From the NCBI RefSeq assembly GCF_000354175.2, contig NC_022359.1:600001-632000 (forward strand): DNA of 32,000 nucleotides, given 5' to 3'. The DNA is from Vibrio alginolyticus NBRC 15630 = ATCC 17749. Its GTDB lineage: Bacteria; Pseudomonadota; Gammaproteobacteria; Enterobacterales; Vibrionaceae. Under the pieces are notes generated by a model. That model had not been told where the DNA came from. It ran no database searches and saw only the letters and a list, made by a program, of their open reading frames with translations. Made by a program: the position numbers and the translations under genes. Of the stretch, positions 17,211 through 25,781 are shown one piece after another (position 1 is the first letter of the stretch; every line of letters begins with the position of its first letter).

Positions 17211-17597
17211 TCATACATGATCTGCTAATGATAAAAAACCTGCGATAAAAAATACAAGCGCTAACATTGTAGAGTTTATGATAATTACCCATATTAAAAT
17301 GAAGGATAATAGACGGTACCACCTAGGCACCTCTTGGGATACATCGGGTAACTTTCGTTTTTTACCTGAGTTAGGTTGAACGATTAAACGAACAAACATC
17401 AATGTTCGGAAAAATGCGTAAGGCCAACCTGTAAATAGAGCTAGTTCGAAAGTGTTAAAATAAGGTTCTTTAAAGTAGCTATTGACAATGTCTTTTGGCA
17501 TTAAAAGGTGCATGATACCTATAAAGAATGTTTGAAAAAAAATAACTAATACACCAGAGAACATTAAGTATCCAATAATGTTCCAGATCAATTGCAT
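17211..17597 (-). CDS. paralogous small polytopic membrane protein; candidate orphan immunity protein
   Basis: 128 aa. In my ungapped hand alignment, 76 of 126 positions are identical to the 15590-15970 product, including the invariant block LFTGWPYAFFRTLMFVRLIVQP. Confidence 0.75.
   Translation of the reverse strand: MQLIWNIIGYLMFSGVLVIFFQTFFIGIMHLLMPKDIVNSYFKEPYFNTFELALFTGWPYAFFRTLMFVRLIVQPNSGKKRKLPDVSQEVPRWYRLLSFILIWVIIINSTMLALVFFIAGFLSLADHV
17364..17432. repeat. partner copy of the 69-nt block (perfect core 17372-17426)
   Basis: Same comparison as for 15737-15805. Confidence 0.9.
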
Positions 17598-17864
17598 ATT
17601 GCACCTATCCTTATAATAAACCGATGCTTTTTCAAAGGTTTTATCCTAATTTTTATCATGAAGAAATAAAGAGACTAACAGATAACCTATATCTTAGCTA
17701 TGAATGTAAGGGCGTTTTGAAGGAGTGTCGAGAACGAAAATAAGAACTATTTTATTGATTTTTATGTAAATATAGTTGGTCGTGTATAAAATGGATAACG
17801 TGTAATGGCGAGATGTAAGCCTTGCACAACTAACAAAGGTTGGTTAAACAAGGCTAATAGTCGG

Positions 17865-18110
17865 TTATGGATGAATAACGATTTGTTGCTCCTCAGTCAT
17901 CACAAGTGTCGCTTTGCTTTGTTCGATAAGTTGGGCAGCATAAGAAGGGGTAACGGCCTGCATATCACCTTTAGATCGAAGAGTTAAAGACTCCCACGCT
18001 TGATCTCGATATTTCCCTGCTTGGGTGTATTGAATCAGTACTTTCATAGCTTCACGCTCCGGTGTGGTTGACGTGCTACTTAAGTTAACGATCTTAGGTT
18101 GGTTGCGCAT
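17865..18110 (-). CDS. small hypothetical protein (81 aa, or 59 aa from the internal Met)
   Basis: The ORF has normal composition, but no domain is recognised and the start is uncertain. Confidence 0.4.
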   Translation of the reverse strand: MRNQPKIVNLSSTSTTPEREAMKVLIQYTQAGKYRDQAWESLTLRSKGDMQAVTPSYAAQLIEQSKATLVMTEEQQIVIHP

Positions 18111-18211
18111 CTGTTAAAAATGAAACATTAGTTTAACCAAATGTGCCTTTCCAAATATCGCGCATTGAGCAGAGCAATTTAGAATCCTTGTGATGGAGGG
18201 ATGAAAAACAC

Positions 18212-18898
18212 TCAATCTTTCGATTCATACTGCGCAATATAATGTTTGAGAGATTTGGTTTCCGCACTCTGAAACTCTTCATCGTGCATACGCAGTGCTT
18301 GGATACGGTCGAGGCGGAACTGGCGGTAGTCATCGCGCAATTCGCACCAGGCGACCAGCGTCCAGACTTTGCCCCAAAAGAACTGGCCTAACGGTTGGAT
18401 TTTTCTCTCGGTCACCTGTCCGCTTTCATCTTGGTAATCCAAACTGACCTTAAACTGATGATCAATCGCGTGGCGCAGAAGCTGCCCTCGTTTGGCAGTC
18501 TCGGATTGGGTGTGATAATCGGGCACAATCAGCGGACAATCTTCCACTTGTTGTTTGAGCTTATCGGGCAATACCGAAAGTATTTTGGTGGACGCAGAGT
18601 GAGACGCTTCGGCAAGTTCGGCATCCGACCAGGCTCGAACCATCCGCATACCCAGTTCAAGCGCCATCATCTCTTTTTCTGAGAACATCAAAGGCGGCAG
18701 ATGAGAGCCAGCTTGCAGCAGGTAGCCGACACCTGCTTCACCTTGAATCGGAACACCAGAACTGAGCAACGACTGAATATCGCGATAAATCGTACGTTCG
18801 CTAACTTCCATTCTTTCTGCGAGCTCTTTCGCTGTCACGGCGTAACGCTTTGCGCGCAGAAGCGTCAGTAGCTCAAACAGTCGTTCTGATTTGCTCAT
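18212..18898 (-). CDS. YafY-family transcriptional regulator (HTH + WYL domain)
   Basis: N-terminal HTH (RLFELLTLLRAKRYAVTAKELAERMEVSERTIYRDI) and a WYL-type domain (FFWGKVWTLVAWCELRDDYRQFRLDRI). Confidence 0.85.
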   Translation of the reverse strand: MSKSERLFELLTLLRAKRYAVTAKELAERMEVSERTIYRDIQSLLSSGVPIQGEAGVGYLLQAGSHLPPLMFSEKEMMALELGMRMVRAWSDAELAEASHSASTKILSVLPDKLKQQVEDCPLIVPDYHTQSETAKRGQLLRHAIDHQFKVSLDYQDESGQVTERKIQPLGQFFWGKVWTLVAWCELRDDYRQFRLDRIQALRMHDEEFQSAETKSLKHYIAQYESKD

Positions 18899-18945
18899 GA
18901 TGTTCCTTATCTAGACCTACTGGTTGTTAGTGGTAGTGTGGCTGA

Positions 18946-19260
18946 TTACTTCTCTAGCTCACTGCACATTTTTAAGTTGTGATGTTTAAGCTCGAAGCTT
19001 TCGCAGTCAATCATTGATAACAGAGGCTGAAATTCAACGGCTTGCTTAATCTGTTTTCCCGCCTGTTTTGCATCGTCCATTGAACGCCAGTAAATGATGT
19101 CTGTCCACACATCGTGCGTCGCTTCGTGACTGAGCGATCGGTACAAAAAGCCCGGCAGATTCTTCACAAACGTTTGTGACTGTTTGGCAGCGGCGATCAC
19201 GTCTTGCTCTGTTGTGCCTGCGGTTAGACGAAATTGCACAGTTTCGATAACGGTTTCCAT
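18946..19260 (-). CDS. small ABM/Dabb-like (ferredoxin-fold) hypothetical protein
   Basis: 104-aa ORF. Its size and pattern (VQFRL...WTDIIYWRSMDDAK) are reminiscent of antibiotic-biosynthesis-monooxygenase-like domains. The assignment is weak. Confidence 0.5.
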   Translation of the reverse strand: METVIETVQFRLTAGTTEQDVIAAAKQSQTFVKNLPGFLYRSLSHEATHDVWTDIIYWRSMDDAKQAGKQIKQAVEFQPLLSMIDCESFELKHHNLKMCSELEK

Positions 19261-19375
19261 ATTGTGATTCCTTATTGGTTTTGGCGGATTGCCTGTTGAG
19301 TTCCAAATAAGGTTACGCGGATGGAATGTCAGAACATGTCAGTAGTGAAATCTCACTCACTTATCATCAATATGG

Positions 19376-20299
19376 TTATTTTTCTGGGCTGATGTAACGA
19401 TCCCAGTAAGGTAAATCTGTACCGAGTTTTTCGCTGATAAAATCGATAAAGGCTCTTACTTTCAACGGCATGTGCTTGCGCTCAGGAAAAACCGCATAAA
19501 TGGCGTGTTCTGGTAGAGAATACTCTTCCATCACCGGTTTTAGATTTCCTGCGGCAAAGTCTCTTCCTGCAATAAATGTTGGCAGTTGAGCAATGCCCGA
19601 ACCTCTTAACAGCAACTGGCGAATGGCTTCGCTGTTATTGACGATAAAGTTTCCTTTTGGAAGCACCTTGTATTCGCTGCCGTTGTTGATGAACATCCAT
19701 TCGACGCCGCCACGGAAATAGGAGTAGCGCAGGCAGTTGTGACTGACTAAATCACTTGGTTTTTGTGGTGTTCCAAACTCCGCTAAGTAATCTGGCGAGG
19801 CACAAAGCACACTTTTACAAGGGGCGAGACGTTTTGCGATTAGATTGGAAGAGGTGAGTTCACCAATACGGATCCCCAAATCAAAACCGTCTTTAACCAA
19901 ATCGACCATTTTGTCTTCGAGGTTTAAATCCACTTCAATTTTCGGGTAACGAGCGAGAAACTCGCTGATCAAAGGCGCGATATGCAGTACACCGAAAGAC
20001 ATCGGCACGGTAATTTTGAGCCGACCTTGTGGAGAGCCTTGCAGTTCCGATACCGCGTCTACGCCTTGCTGGGCTAGGTTGAGCGCTTGAGAGGCGTACT
20101 CAAAATAGCGTTCTCCTGCTTCGGTCAGGCTCAGCTTACGCGTAGTTCGATTAAGGAGACGAATGCCCAAATCATCTTCTAGTTGGTTGATGCGTTTGCT
20201 GATCGCCGATTTCGTCAGATTCAGCTGTTTGGCCGCAAGGGAAAAGCTGCCGCATTCGACAACAGCAACAAAAACGGGCAGGGAGGCAATCGCGTTCAC
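19376..20299 (-). CDS. LysR-family transcriptional regulator
   Basis: N-terminal wHTH (FVAVVECGSFSLAAKQLNLTKSAISKRINQLEDDLGIRLLNRTTRKLSLTEAG) plus a LysR substrate-binding domain. Confidence 0.9.
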   Translation of the reverse strand: MNAIASLPVFVAVVECGSFSLAAKQLNLTKSAISKRINQLEDDLGIRLLNRTTRKLSLTEAGERYFEYASQALNLAQQGVDAVSELQGSPQGRLKITVPMSFGVLHIAPLISEFLARYPKIEVDLNLEDKMVDLVKDGFDLGIRIGELTSSNLIAKRLAPCKSVLCASPDYLAEFGTPQKPSDLVSHNCLRYSYFRGGVEWMFINNGSEYKVLPKGNFIVNNSEAIRQLLLRGSGIAQLPTFIAGRDFAAGNLKPVMEEYSLPEHAIYAVFPERKHMPLKVRAFIDFISEKLGTDLPYWDRYISPEK

Positions 20300-20437
20300 A
20301 TCAATCTCCTATTATCGTGAAGCATTTATTGTTGAGCACAAGGATACAATTAATTTCCAATTATAGAGATTATCTTCAAGAAGAAAACAATCTAGACTAT
20401 GCACCAGTATTACGACCTTGATTTTGGGAAGAAGAAA

Positions 20438-21112
20438 ATGAAGTACGATTGGATCCTGTTTGACGCTGACGAAACCTTATTCCACTTTGATGCTTTCAAA
20501 GGTTTGCAGCTTATGTTTTCTCGCAAAGGCGTAGATTTTACTGAACAAGATTTTGCTCATTACCAAACCGTAAACAAACCGCTTTGGGTGGATTACCAAG
20601 ACGGCAAAGTAACGGCAGATGAGCTAAAACATAAGCGTTTTACCGAGTGGGCTGAGAAGTTGAATACTACAACAGCAGATCTCAACAGCGCATTTTTAGA
20701 AGCGATGGCCGATATTTGCAGCTTGTTGCCAGGTGCAAAAGAGCTGATGGAAGCGCTGCAAGGCAAAGCTAAAATGGGCATCATCACCAACGGTTTTACA
20801 GAGTTGCAAGCAATTCGCCTTGAGCGCACAGGGATGACTGAGTACTTCGATAAAGTGGTGATCTCTGAACAAGTGGGCGTAGCAAAACCGGACTTAGGTA
20901 TTTTTGAATACGCGATGCAGCAAATGGGCAACCCATGCAAAACGCGCGTACTGATGGTGGGTGACAACCTGCATTCCGATATTCTGGGTGGTAATAATTT
21001 TGGTATTGAAACTTGCTGGTTAAATACCACAGGCGCAAGCGTCGATGAGCGTATCGCACCAAATTACACCGTTGAGTCTTTGAGTGAACTAAAGAACATT
21101 TTGGTGGCGTAA
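20438..21112 (+). CDS. yjjG: HAD-IA pyrimidine 5'-nucleotidase YjjG
   Basis: [27 protein letters not shown]...[11 protein letters not shown] closely parallels the E. coli YjjG N-terminus as I recall it. I therefore prefer ATG 20438 (224 aa) over the track's 20399. Confidence 0.85.
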   Translation: MKYDWILFDADETLFHFDAFKGLQLMFSRKGVDFTEQDFAHYQTVNKPLWVDYQDGKVTADELKHKRFTEWAEKLNTTTADLNSAFLEAMADICSLLPGAKELMEALQGKAKMGIITNGFTELQAIRLERTGMTEYFDKVVISEQVGVAKPDLGIFEYAMQQMGNPCKTRVLMVGDNLHSDILGGNNFGIETCWLNTTGASVDERIAPNYTVESLSELKNILVA

Positions 21113-21163
21113 CCGAATCGGGTATTATTCCGCAGTAACCCTCAGAAAAATCAAGGAATAACC

Positions 21164-21703
21164 ATGTCAGACATCAAACAGTTAGACAGCAAAGTCGTTT
21201 ACCAGAATAAGTGGATGACGGTGCGTGAGGACAAAATTTTACGTCCGAGCGGCGCAGAGGGCATCTATGGTGTGGTCGACAAACCTGATTGTGCTGCGAT
21301 TCTGGCTATCGATAACGGGATGATTCACTTGGTTCAGCAGTACCGTTACACCGTAGGTCAACGTTGTTGGGAGATCCCACAAGGGGCGTGGGAATCAAAC
21401 CCAGATGCGGATCATCTTGAGCTTGCCAAAGGCGAGCTGCGTGAAGAAACGGGCATGCAGGCGAGCGCAATGGCGTATGTCGGCGCGCAGTTTATCGCAT
21501 ACGGCTTTTTGAATCAGACATGTCACGTCTACTTCGCCACTGATTTAACGGACGTGGGCAATCAACTCGACAGTGAAGAAGAGGATTTGATCACTCGCGC
21601 TTTTTCTGTTGAGGAGTTCGAACAGATGATGATCGACGGCACGATCAAAGATTGTGTCACCATCGCCGCTTATGGTTTGGCGAAGCTGAAGAAATTCATT
21701 TAG
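21164..21703 (+). CDS. NUDIX hydrolase
   Basis: Nudix box GX5EX7REUXEEXGU within GAWESNPDADHLELAKGELREETGMQA. Confidence 0.85.
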   Translation: MSDIKQLDSKVVYQNKWMTVREDKILRPSGAEGIYGVVDKPDCAAILAIDNGMIHLVQQYRYTVGQRCWEIPQGAWESNPDADHLELAKGELREETGMQASAMAYVGAQFIAYGFLNQTCHVYFATDLTDVGNQLDSEEEDLITRAFSVEEFEQMMIDGTIKDCVTIAAYGLAKLKKFI

Positions 21704-21726
21704 TTATCCATGACGATTTTTTAATG

Positions 21727-21755
21727 AAAACAGCGGCCTAGTGCCGCTGTTTTTA
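21727..21755. terminator. bidirectional rho-independent terminator
   Basis: Stem AACAGCGGC/GCCGCTGTT with loop CTAGT, flanked by an A-run and a T-run. Confidence 0.8.
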
Positions 21756-21782
21756 GTTTGGGTGAGTTCGTTGAGCCATCGC

Positions 21783-22217
21783 TTACTCGTCGATTTTCTT
21801 ACCTAAGATTTCCACTTGCGCTTTTTTGGTCACTCCCGCGACTTGCAGCGCTGTGCTGCCAACCGATTCATAGTTCAACTCGATCTTGTCTAATTTCGCG
21901 TTATCTTTTGTTGGTAGGCTTAAACTTCTTGATGACATGCCTTTAGTCAGAACACCTAAACTGTCGAACGTCTTTTCCTGACCATCTTTCATGATTACTT
22001 TAACGCTTTTCAGATCGACCGTACCTTGCGTACATTTGATTTTGATGTGGCTAAAACGAGCGTTAGCAAATGGGGACAGTGGATTGACTGTGTCGGTTTC
22101 CGATTTAAAACTGACGGTCTTATCTGCAATCTTGTCCCAATCGTTGTCTCCAGCAACCGATTGGAAAGAGGCCACAGCCGCTAAAAGACAGAGTGCGATG
22201 GTGTTGAACAGTTTCAT
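21783..22217 (-). CDS. exported small protein, YaaI/DUF2541-like (family name from memory)
   Basis: 144 aa with a signal peptide MKLFNTIALCLLAAVASFQSVAG. Confidence 0.65.
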   Translation of the reverse strand: MKLFNTIALCLLAAVASFQSVAGDNDWDKIADKTVSFKSETDTVNPLSPFANARFSHIKIKCTQGTVDLKSVKVIMKDGQEKTFDSLGVLTKGMSSRSLSLPTKDNAKLDKIELNYESVGSTALQVAGVTKKAQVEILGKKIDE

Positions 22218-22237
22218 AGCTTTTCCTTACCTTAGGT

Positions 22238-22789
22238 TTAGATATTCTGTTTAATCAGTTCGATGACGTGTGTGACTTCGTCTTGAGTTAAAGCCCCTTC
22301 TTTCACGAATAAAATTTCGCCTTGTTTATTTTGTACGATAATCGCAGAACTTTCTTGCTGCAGATCCCAAGTTGTTGCTAATACGCCATTTTTGTCTAAC
22401 ACCATGGAAGACCAAGAGAATGTCTTTTTGCTGTCCTCTGCCGACGATTTTACAAATGTACCGGTTCCCCAAATGGCGTCTTCTTGGTTGATCACGGTTG
22501 TGGTCTGATACTGATCTTCAGGAAAGTGAGCGGCAGTGATTGCTGACATCAGCGGCGCGTTCATCTCTTTGGCTTTACTACGACCTGCAATGGCTTGTAT
22601 CACACGGACTTTGCCTAACATCTGCTGAGTTGCCCAAGGTTGATAAGCCACATCGTCTCCTTGCAGCGTCATTTCGCCATAGGTATCAATGCTGACGGAA
22701 GGGGTGGTTTGACCGACAGAAAGGTTATGAGAGAAGGCGAATGTCGGGGCGAGTGCGAGTAAGAGTGACAGAACAGATGGAGTTTTCAT
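22238..22789 (-). CDS. ytfJ: YtfJ-family periplasmic protein
   Basis: Strong resemblance to E. coli YtfJ as recalled (GKVRVIQAIAGRSKAKEMNAPL, YQTTTVIN, SSAIIV). I chose the start at MKTPSVLS (22789) because the track's 17-codon extension runs into the upstream gene's terminator hairpin. Confidence 0.85.
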   Translation of the reverse strand: MKTPSVLSLLLALAPTFAFSHNLSVGQTTPSVSIDTYGEMTLQGDDVAYQPWATQQMLGKVRVIQAIAGRSKAKEMNAPLMSAITAAHFPEDQYQTTTVINQEDAIWGTGTFVKSSAEDSKKTFSWSSMVLDKNGVLATTWDLQQESSAIIVQNKQGEILFVKEGALTQDEVTHVIELIKQNI

Positions 22790-22823
22790 TGGGGGTTCCT
22801 GTAACGAAGTGAGGTTAGAGCGA

Positions 22824-22856
22824 ATCAAAATAAGGGGCAAATACGATGCCCCTTAT
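22824..22856 (-). terminator. rho-independent terminator of the carbonic anhydrase gene
   Basis: On the minus strand, ATAAGGGGCA-tcgtatt-TGCCCCTTAT is followed by TTTTGA. Confidence 0.75.
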
Positions 22857-22868
22857 CGGATGTGGCGT

Positions 22869-23588
22869 TTAGTTAGAAAGTACAACGCGCGCATTTAGCG
22901 GTTGCAGCGGACGATTGTTTTGTCCCATGACTTCCATCAGTTTCGCGGCTTGATCTTTGGATAAGGTTTGAGTGTCTTTAAGCACAAACCAGCGCACACC
23001 TTCTGAACATGGTGGTGTGGTTAAAGAGCCGTTAAATCGATAGTAGTTTGCAGTTTTTGGCAGTAAGTCGTTAATCTCAAACGTATCTTTAAAGAAGGTG
23101 GTTTGATTCTCTTGTGGGATTGCGTTGATCAGTTTAGACAGCGCTGCGTTTTGATCGCCAGCATCAAACATCACCGAAATTACCGCCAACTCGCCGTCTG
23201 CGTTGGCGTGTACAAAGTGCGCTTCAAGTGGATATTGGCGGCCTTTGATTTGGTTTTCTGAAGGTGTGTGGAAATGGAACTGTTGCAGCTCGAACGTCTC
23301 GCCATCGATGGTGAAGCTGTTACGTCCGTTCACTTGCGCTTGCAGCGTATGACCATTGTTGGTTAAACCAATGACCTGACCAGTGTACGAAAGGTTCAGT
23401 GCTTCCAGTTTTGCATCGGCTGGGTTGTCGATGTTGATTGGGCTTTGGTTTTTCGTGGTTGCGCAGTCTTTGGCGATTTCTCCCCAGTGCTCTGGCCCGT
23501 GTTTGTCATTGCCATAGCCCCATTCTGAAGCCTGAGCCGCGCCTAGAGTGAGAAGTGAGAGTGAAAAAGCAAGTAGTGTTTTGTTCAT
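22869..23588 (-). CDS. periplasmic alpha-class carbonic anhydrase
   Basis: Signal peptide, SEWGYG...GPEHW...QSPINI, and the zinc His triad context FHFHTPSEN...EAHFVH. Confidence 0.9.
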   Translation of the reverse strand: MNKTLLAFSLSLLTLGAAQASEWGYGNDKHGPEHWGEIAKDCATTKNQSPINIDNPADAKLEALNLSYTGQVIGLTNNGHTLQAQVNGRNSFTIDGETFELQQFHFHTPSENQIKGRQYPLEAHFVHANADGELAVISVMFDAGDQNAALSKLINAIPQENQTTFFKDTFEINDLLPKTANYYRFNGSLTTPPCSEGVRWFVLKDTQTLSKDQAAKLMEVMGQNNRPLQPLNARVVLSN

Positions 23589-23666
23589 AATAATGTCTCT
23601 GTTCGGTCGCTTTGATAAGCGTTGTTACAAGGCAATGACATAGAGGTTTGATCACTGCCTGACAAA

Positions 23667-25022
23667 TTAGAAACGGTGGCTGAGTTGGGCACCAATTAGG
23701 AACGCATTTGAATGGGTCACGCCCGTTACCATCGGTGCAGGAACACCTTCATACGCGTACTCTTCTACGTTGACATCTTCACCAATCAAGTACGTCATGC
23801 CGATGTCAACCGTGGTATCTGATGACCATTGGTAAGAGGCACCCGCAGATAACCAGTGACGGTTCGAATCTGGGATAGAAAGCGAAGTCAGCTCATCGAC
23901 AGGTGTTTTGTCGAACATGTAACCCGTGCGTAGTGTCCAACGTTCATTGGCGTACCAAGTCGCACCGATGGAGTAGTGCGCGGAGTCTTGCCACTGAAAA
24001 TCTTTTAGCAACTGATCATCAGCTTTCAAGCTGTCAAATGCTGACCAACCAATCCACTGCACAGAATAGTGCAGGGCAAATTTAGGTAAGACGCGGTGAT
24101 AACCGGAAAACTCCGCAATATCCGGTAGCGGCATAGCAAGCGAGTCGTACGATTCGCCAGCAAAGTGGATGTCGCCCTTGGCATCGATGTTAGGGCTGTG
24201 CTTGTAGCTTAAACCCAAGCGATGACGTTCGTTAAACTCGTACATCATGCCAATATTCGCACCAAGCCCAATGCCGCCAGCTTCCACATCAAGTGCGTTG
24301 CCTTTTACGGATCCACAGCGTTGTTCTAGTTCGTTTCCAAGTATGTTCCCACCAACGCAAACACCCACGTCCATATCGCGGTACAGCTCACCAGAGCCGT
24401 AAATCACATCAATACCACCACCAATACTAAAACGGTCGTTCACCTTGTATGCCAAGCTTGCGCCAAGGTTGACACTCGCTACGCTGGTGACACCGCCAAA
24501 AACAGGTGCGCCATAGTTTGGTTTAAACTCCATGTCGGTTCCGAAGTTGGAGTATGCCGATAAGCCTAGATACCAGTCGTCGTTGATAGGGTGAATAAAG
24601 TAAAAATTGGGTACAACGGCTGGTTGACCAACGCCATCGACGTCATCAATATCGGTCACGGTTTGAGAGAAGGACGGGGTAATGTCAACTTGAGGGGACG
24701 GAGGAAAACCGCCCATACCAACATTGACATCCGCATTAATGTTAGCTCGATGATATTGCGCATTTTTAACGGTAACGTCAGGTTTGACGTAAGTGACACC
24801 GAACGATAAGGCATTTTGTTTAAACAGCGTCATCGCTGCGGCGTTGCGGCTGACTACAGACGCATTATCACCAATAACAGCATCACCAGCAAAAGCACGA
24901 CCAAGACCCGTCGCCGAATGTTCGTTAATTTGAAAACCACCGGCATACGCCGTCGATGAGGCTAAACCGATTAATAAATAAATCGGTGAAAGAGTGAATT
25001 GTCGCTGCATGTTTTTTCTCAT
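23667..25022 (-). CDS. fadL: FadL/TodX-family outer-membrane long-chain fatty acid / hydrophobic compound channel
   Basis: Signal peptide followed by GGFQINEHSATGLGRAFAG, which is typical of the FadL N-terminus. A beta-barrel-like alternating pattern runs through the protein, and it ends in a C-terminal Phe. Confidence 0.85.
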   Translation of the reverse strand: MRKNMQRQFTLSPIYLLIGLASSTAYAGGFQINEHSATGLGRAFAGDAVIGDNASVVSRNAAAMTLFKQNALSFGVTYVKPDVTVKNAQYHRANINADVNVGMGGFPPSPQVDITPSFSQTVTDIDDVDGVGQPAVVPNFYFIHPINDDWYLGLSAYSNFGTDMEFKPNYGAPVFGGVTSVASVNLGASLAYKVNDRFSIGGGIDVIYGSGELYRDMDVGVCVGGNILGNELEQRCGSVKGNALDVEAGGIGLGANIGMMYEFNERHRLGLSYKHSPNIDAKGDIHFAGESYDSLAMPLPDIAEFSGYHRVLPKFALHYSVQWIGWSAFDSLKADDQLLKDFQWQDSAHYSIGATWYANERWTLRTGYMFDKTPVDELTSLSIPDSNRHWLSAGASYQWSSDTTVDIGMTYLIGEDVNVEEYAYEGVPAPMVTGVTHSNAFLIGAQLSHRF

Positions 25023-25384
25023 GAATTAATTAGAGATTGTATTGCAACGAAAAGCAGTAAAATAAACAAATCTGACCAGTATATTTAGGAGTAAAACTAA
25101 CAGTATGTTGACAATAAATAAATTTAACTTAATAAATATTTATTGATGAATTTATTAAGGGTTCATGTCGTGAATGTGGTGATTATTTTACGTGTAAATT
25201 AAACTCAGAGCCTCTACTTTTATTTTTGCGGTATTACTTCTCTATTTTTATTGTGCTGACTGTTCCCTAACAAACAGAGGTAAATCCAGCGATAAAGTGT
25301 TCGTGATGGAAACTCTGAGTCATTTGTATTTCCATTGCATCCCAACGTTGGTAGTTCGAATCAGCAAGAGAACTATCGTTTTAA

Positions 25385-25437
25385 ACCCACATGACACACT
25401 CCTCTCGGTCTTACCTGTGTTATGTGGGTATTTTTTA
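25385..25437 (+). terminator. strong orphan plus-strand rho-independent terminator in the fadL-macA intergenic region
   Basis: A 14-bp stem ACCCACATGACACA (25385-25398) pairs with TGTGTTATGTGGGT (25416-25429), with one G-U pair. The loop is 17 nt. The hairpin is followed by A-TTTTTT-ATTT. The minus-strand reading lacks a T-tail. Confidence 0.65.
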
Positions 25438-25781
25438 TTTAACTTGCCACTTAACTCCTCTTTAAATTCAATCATCAAAATGACCATAATGAAATTTAAA
25501 TGGATGGCATATTGAATAAGCTTAGATTTTACTGGTTTGTTGGTATTTAAAAGTTTTGTTTATAATACTTATAACTTGAATTTCTATATTAAAAATGATC
25601 TTTGTTATATTTATTGAATGATAAAGTTTTGAAGTGACTATAATATCTCGGATTTTTCACGTTAGTGAAGTTATTCCTTCAGTATCTTGACGTTAATTTA
25701 CCTATCTTTACGTCTCGTACCCTGTACGGCTAAGACAAATAGCAGTATAAAATCAAAACGATTATTTACTTCACTCCTGCT

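Noticed and set aside
17598-17864. I searched the spacer upstream of the orphan immunity-like gene for a remnant of a second toxin gene. I found only a 22-codon ORF (MIKIRIKPLKKHRFIIRIGAICN).
   Set aside because: There is no extended reading frame and no similarity to the 332-aa protein that I can see. The tiny ORF is most likely noise in AT-rich DNA.
22790-22840. 17-codon N-terminal extension of YtfJ in the ORF track (MPLILIRSNLTSLQEPP...).
   Set aside because: The extension overlaps the terminator hairpin of the upstream carbonic anhydrase gene. In addition, the signal peptide and the homology to E. coli YtfJ both begin at MKTPSVLS (22789).
25354-25362. GTTCGAATC, a tRNA T-loop-like motif.
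   Set aside because: The flanking bases do not form a T-stem (GGTAG versus CAGCA), and no acceptor or anticodon arms can be drawn. It is not a tRNA or a recognisable tRNA fragment.
25297-25515. 72-aa plus-strand ORF in the fadL-macA spacer.
   Set aside because: It starts at a non-ATG codon, lies in AT-rich low-complexity sequence, and reads straight through a strong terminator hairpin.
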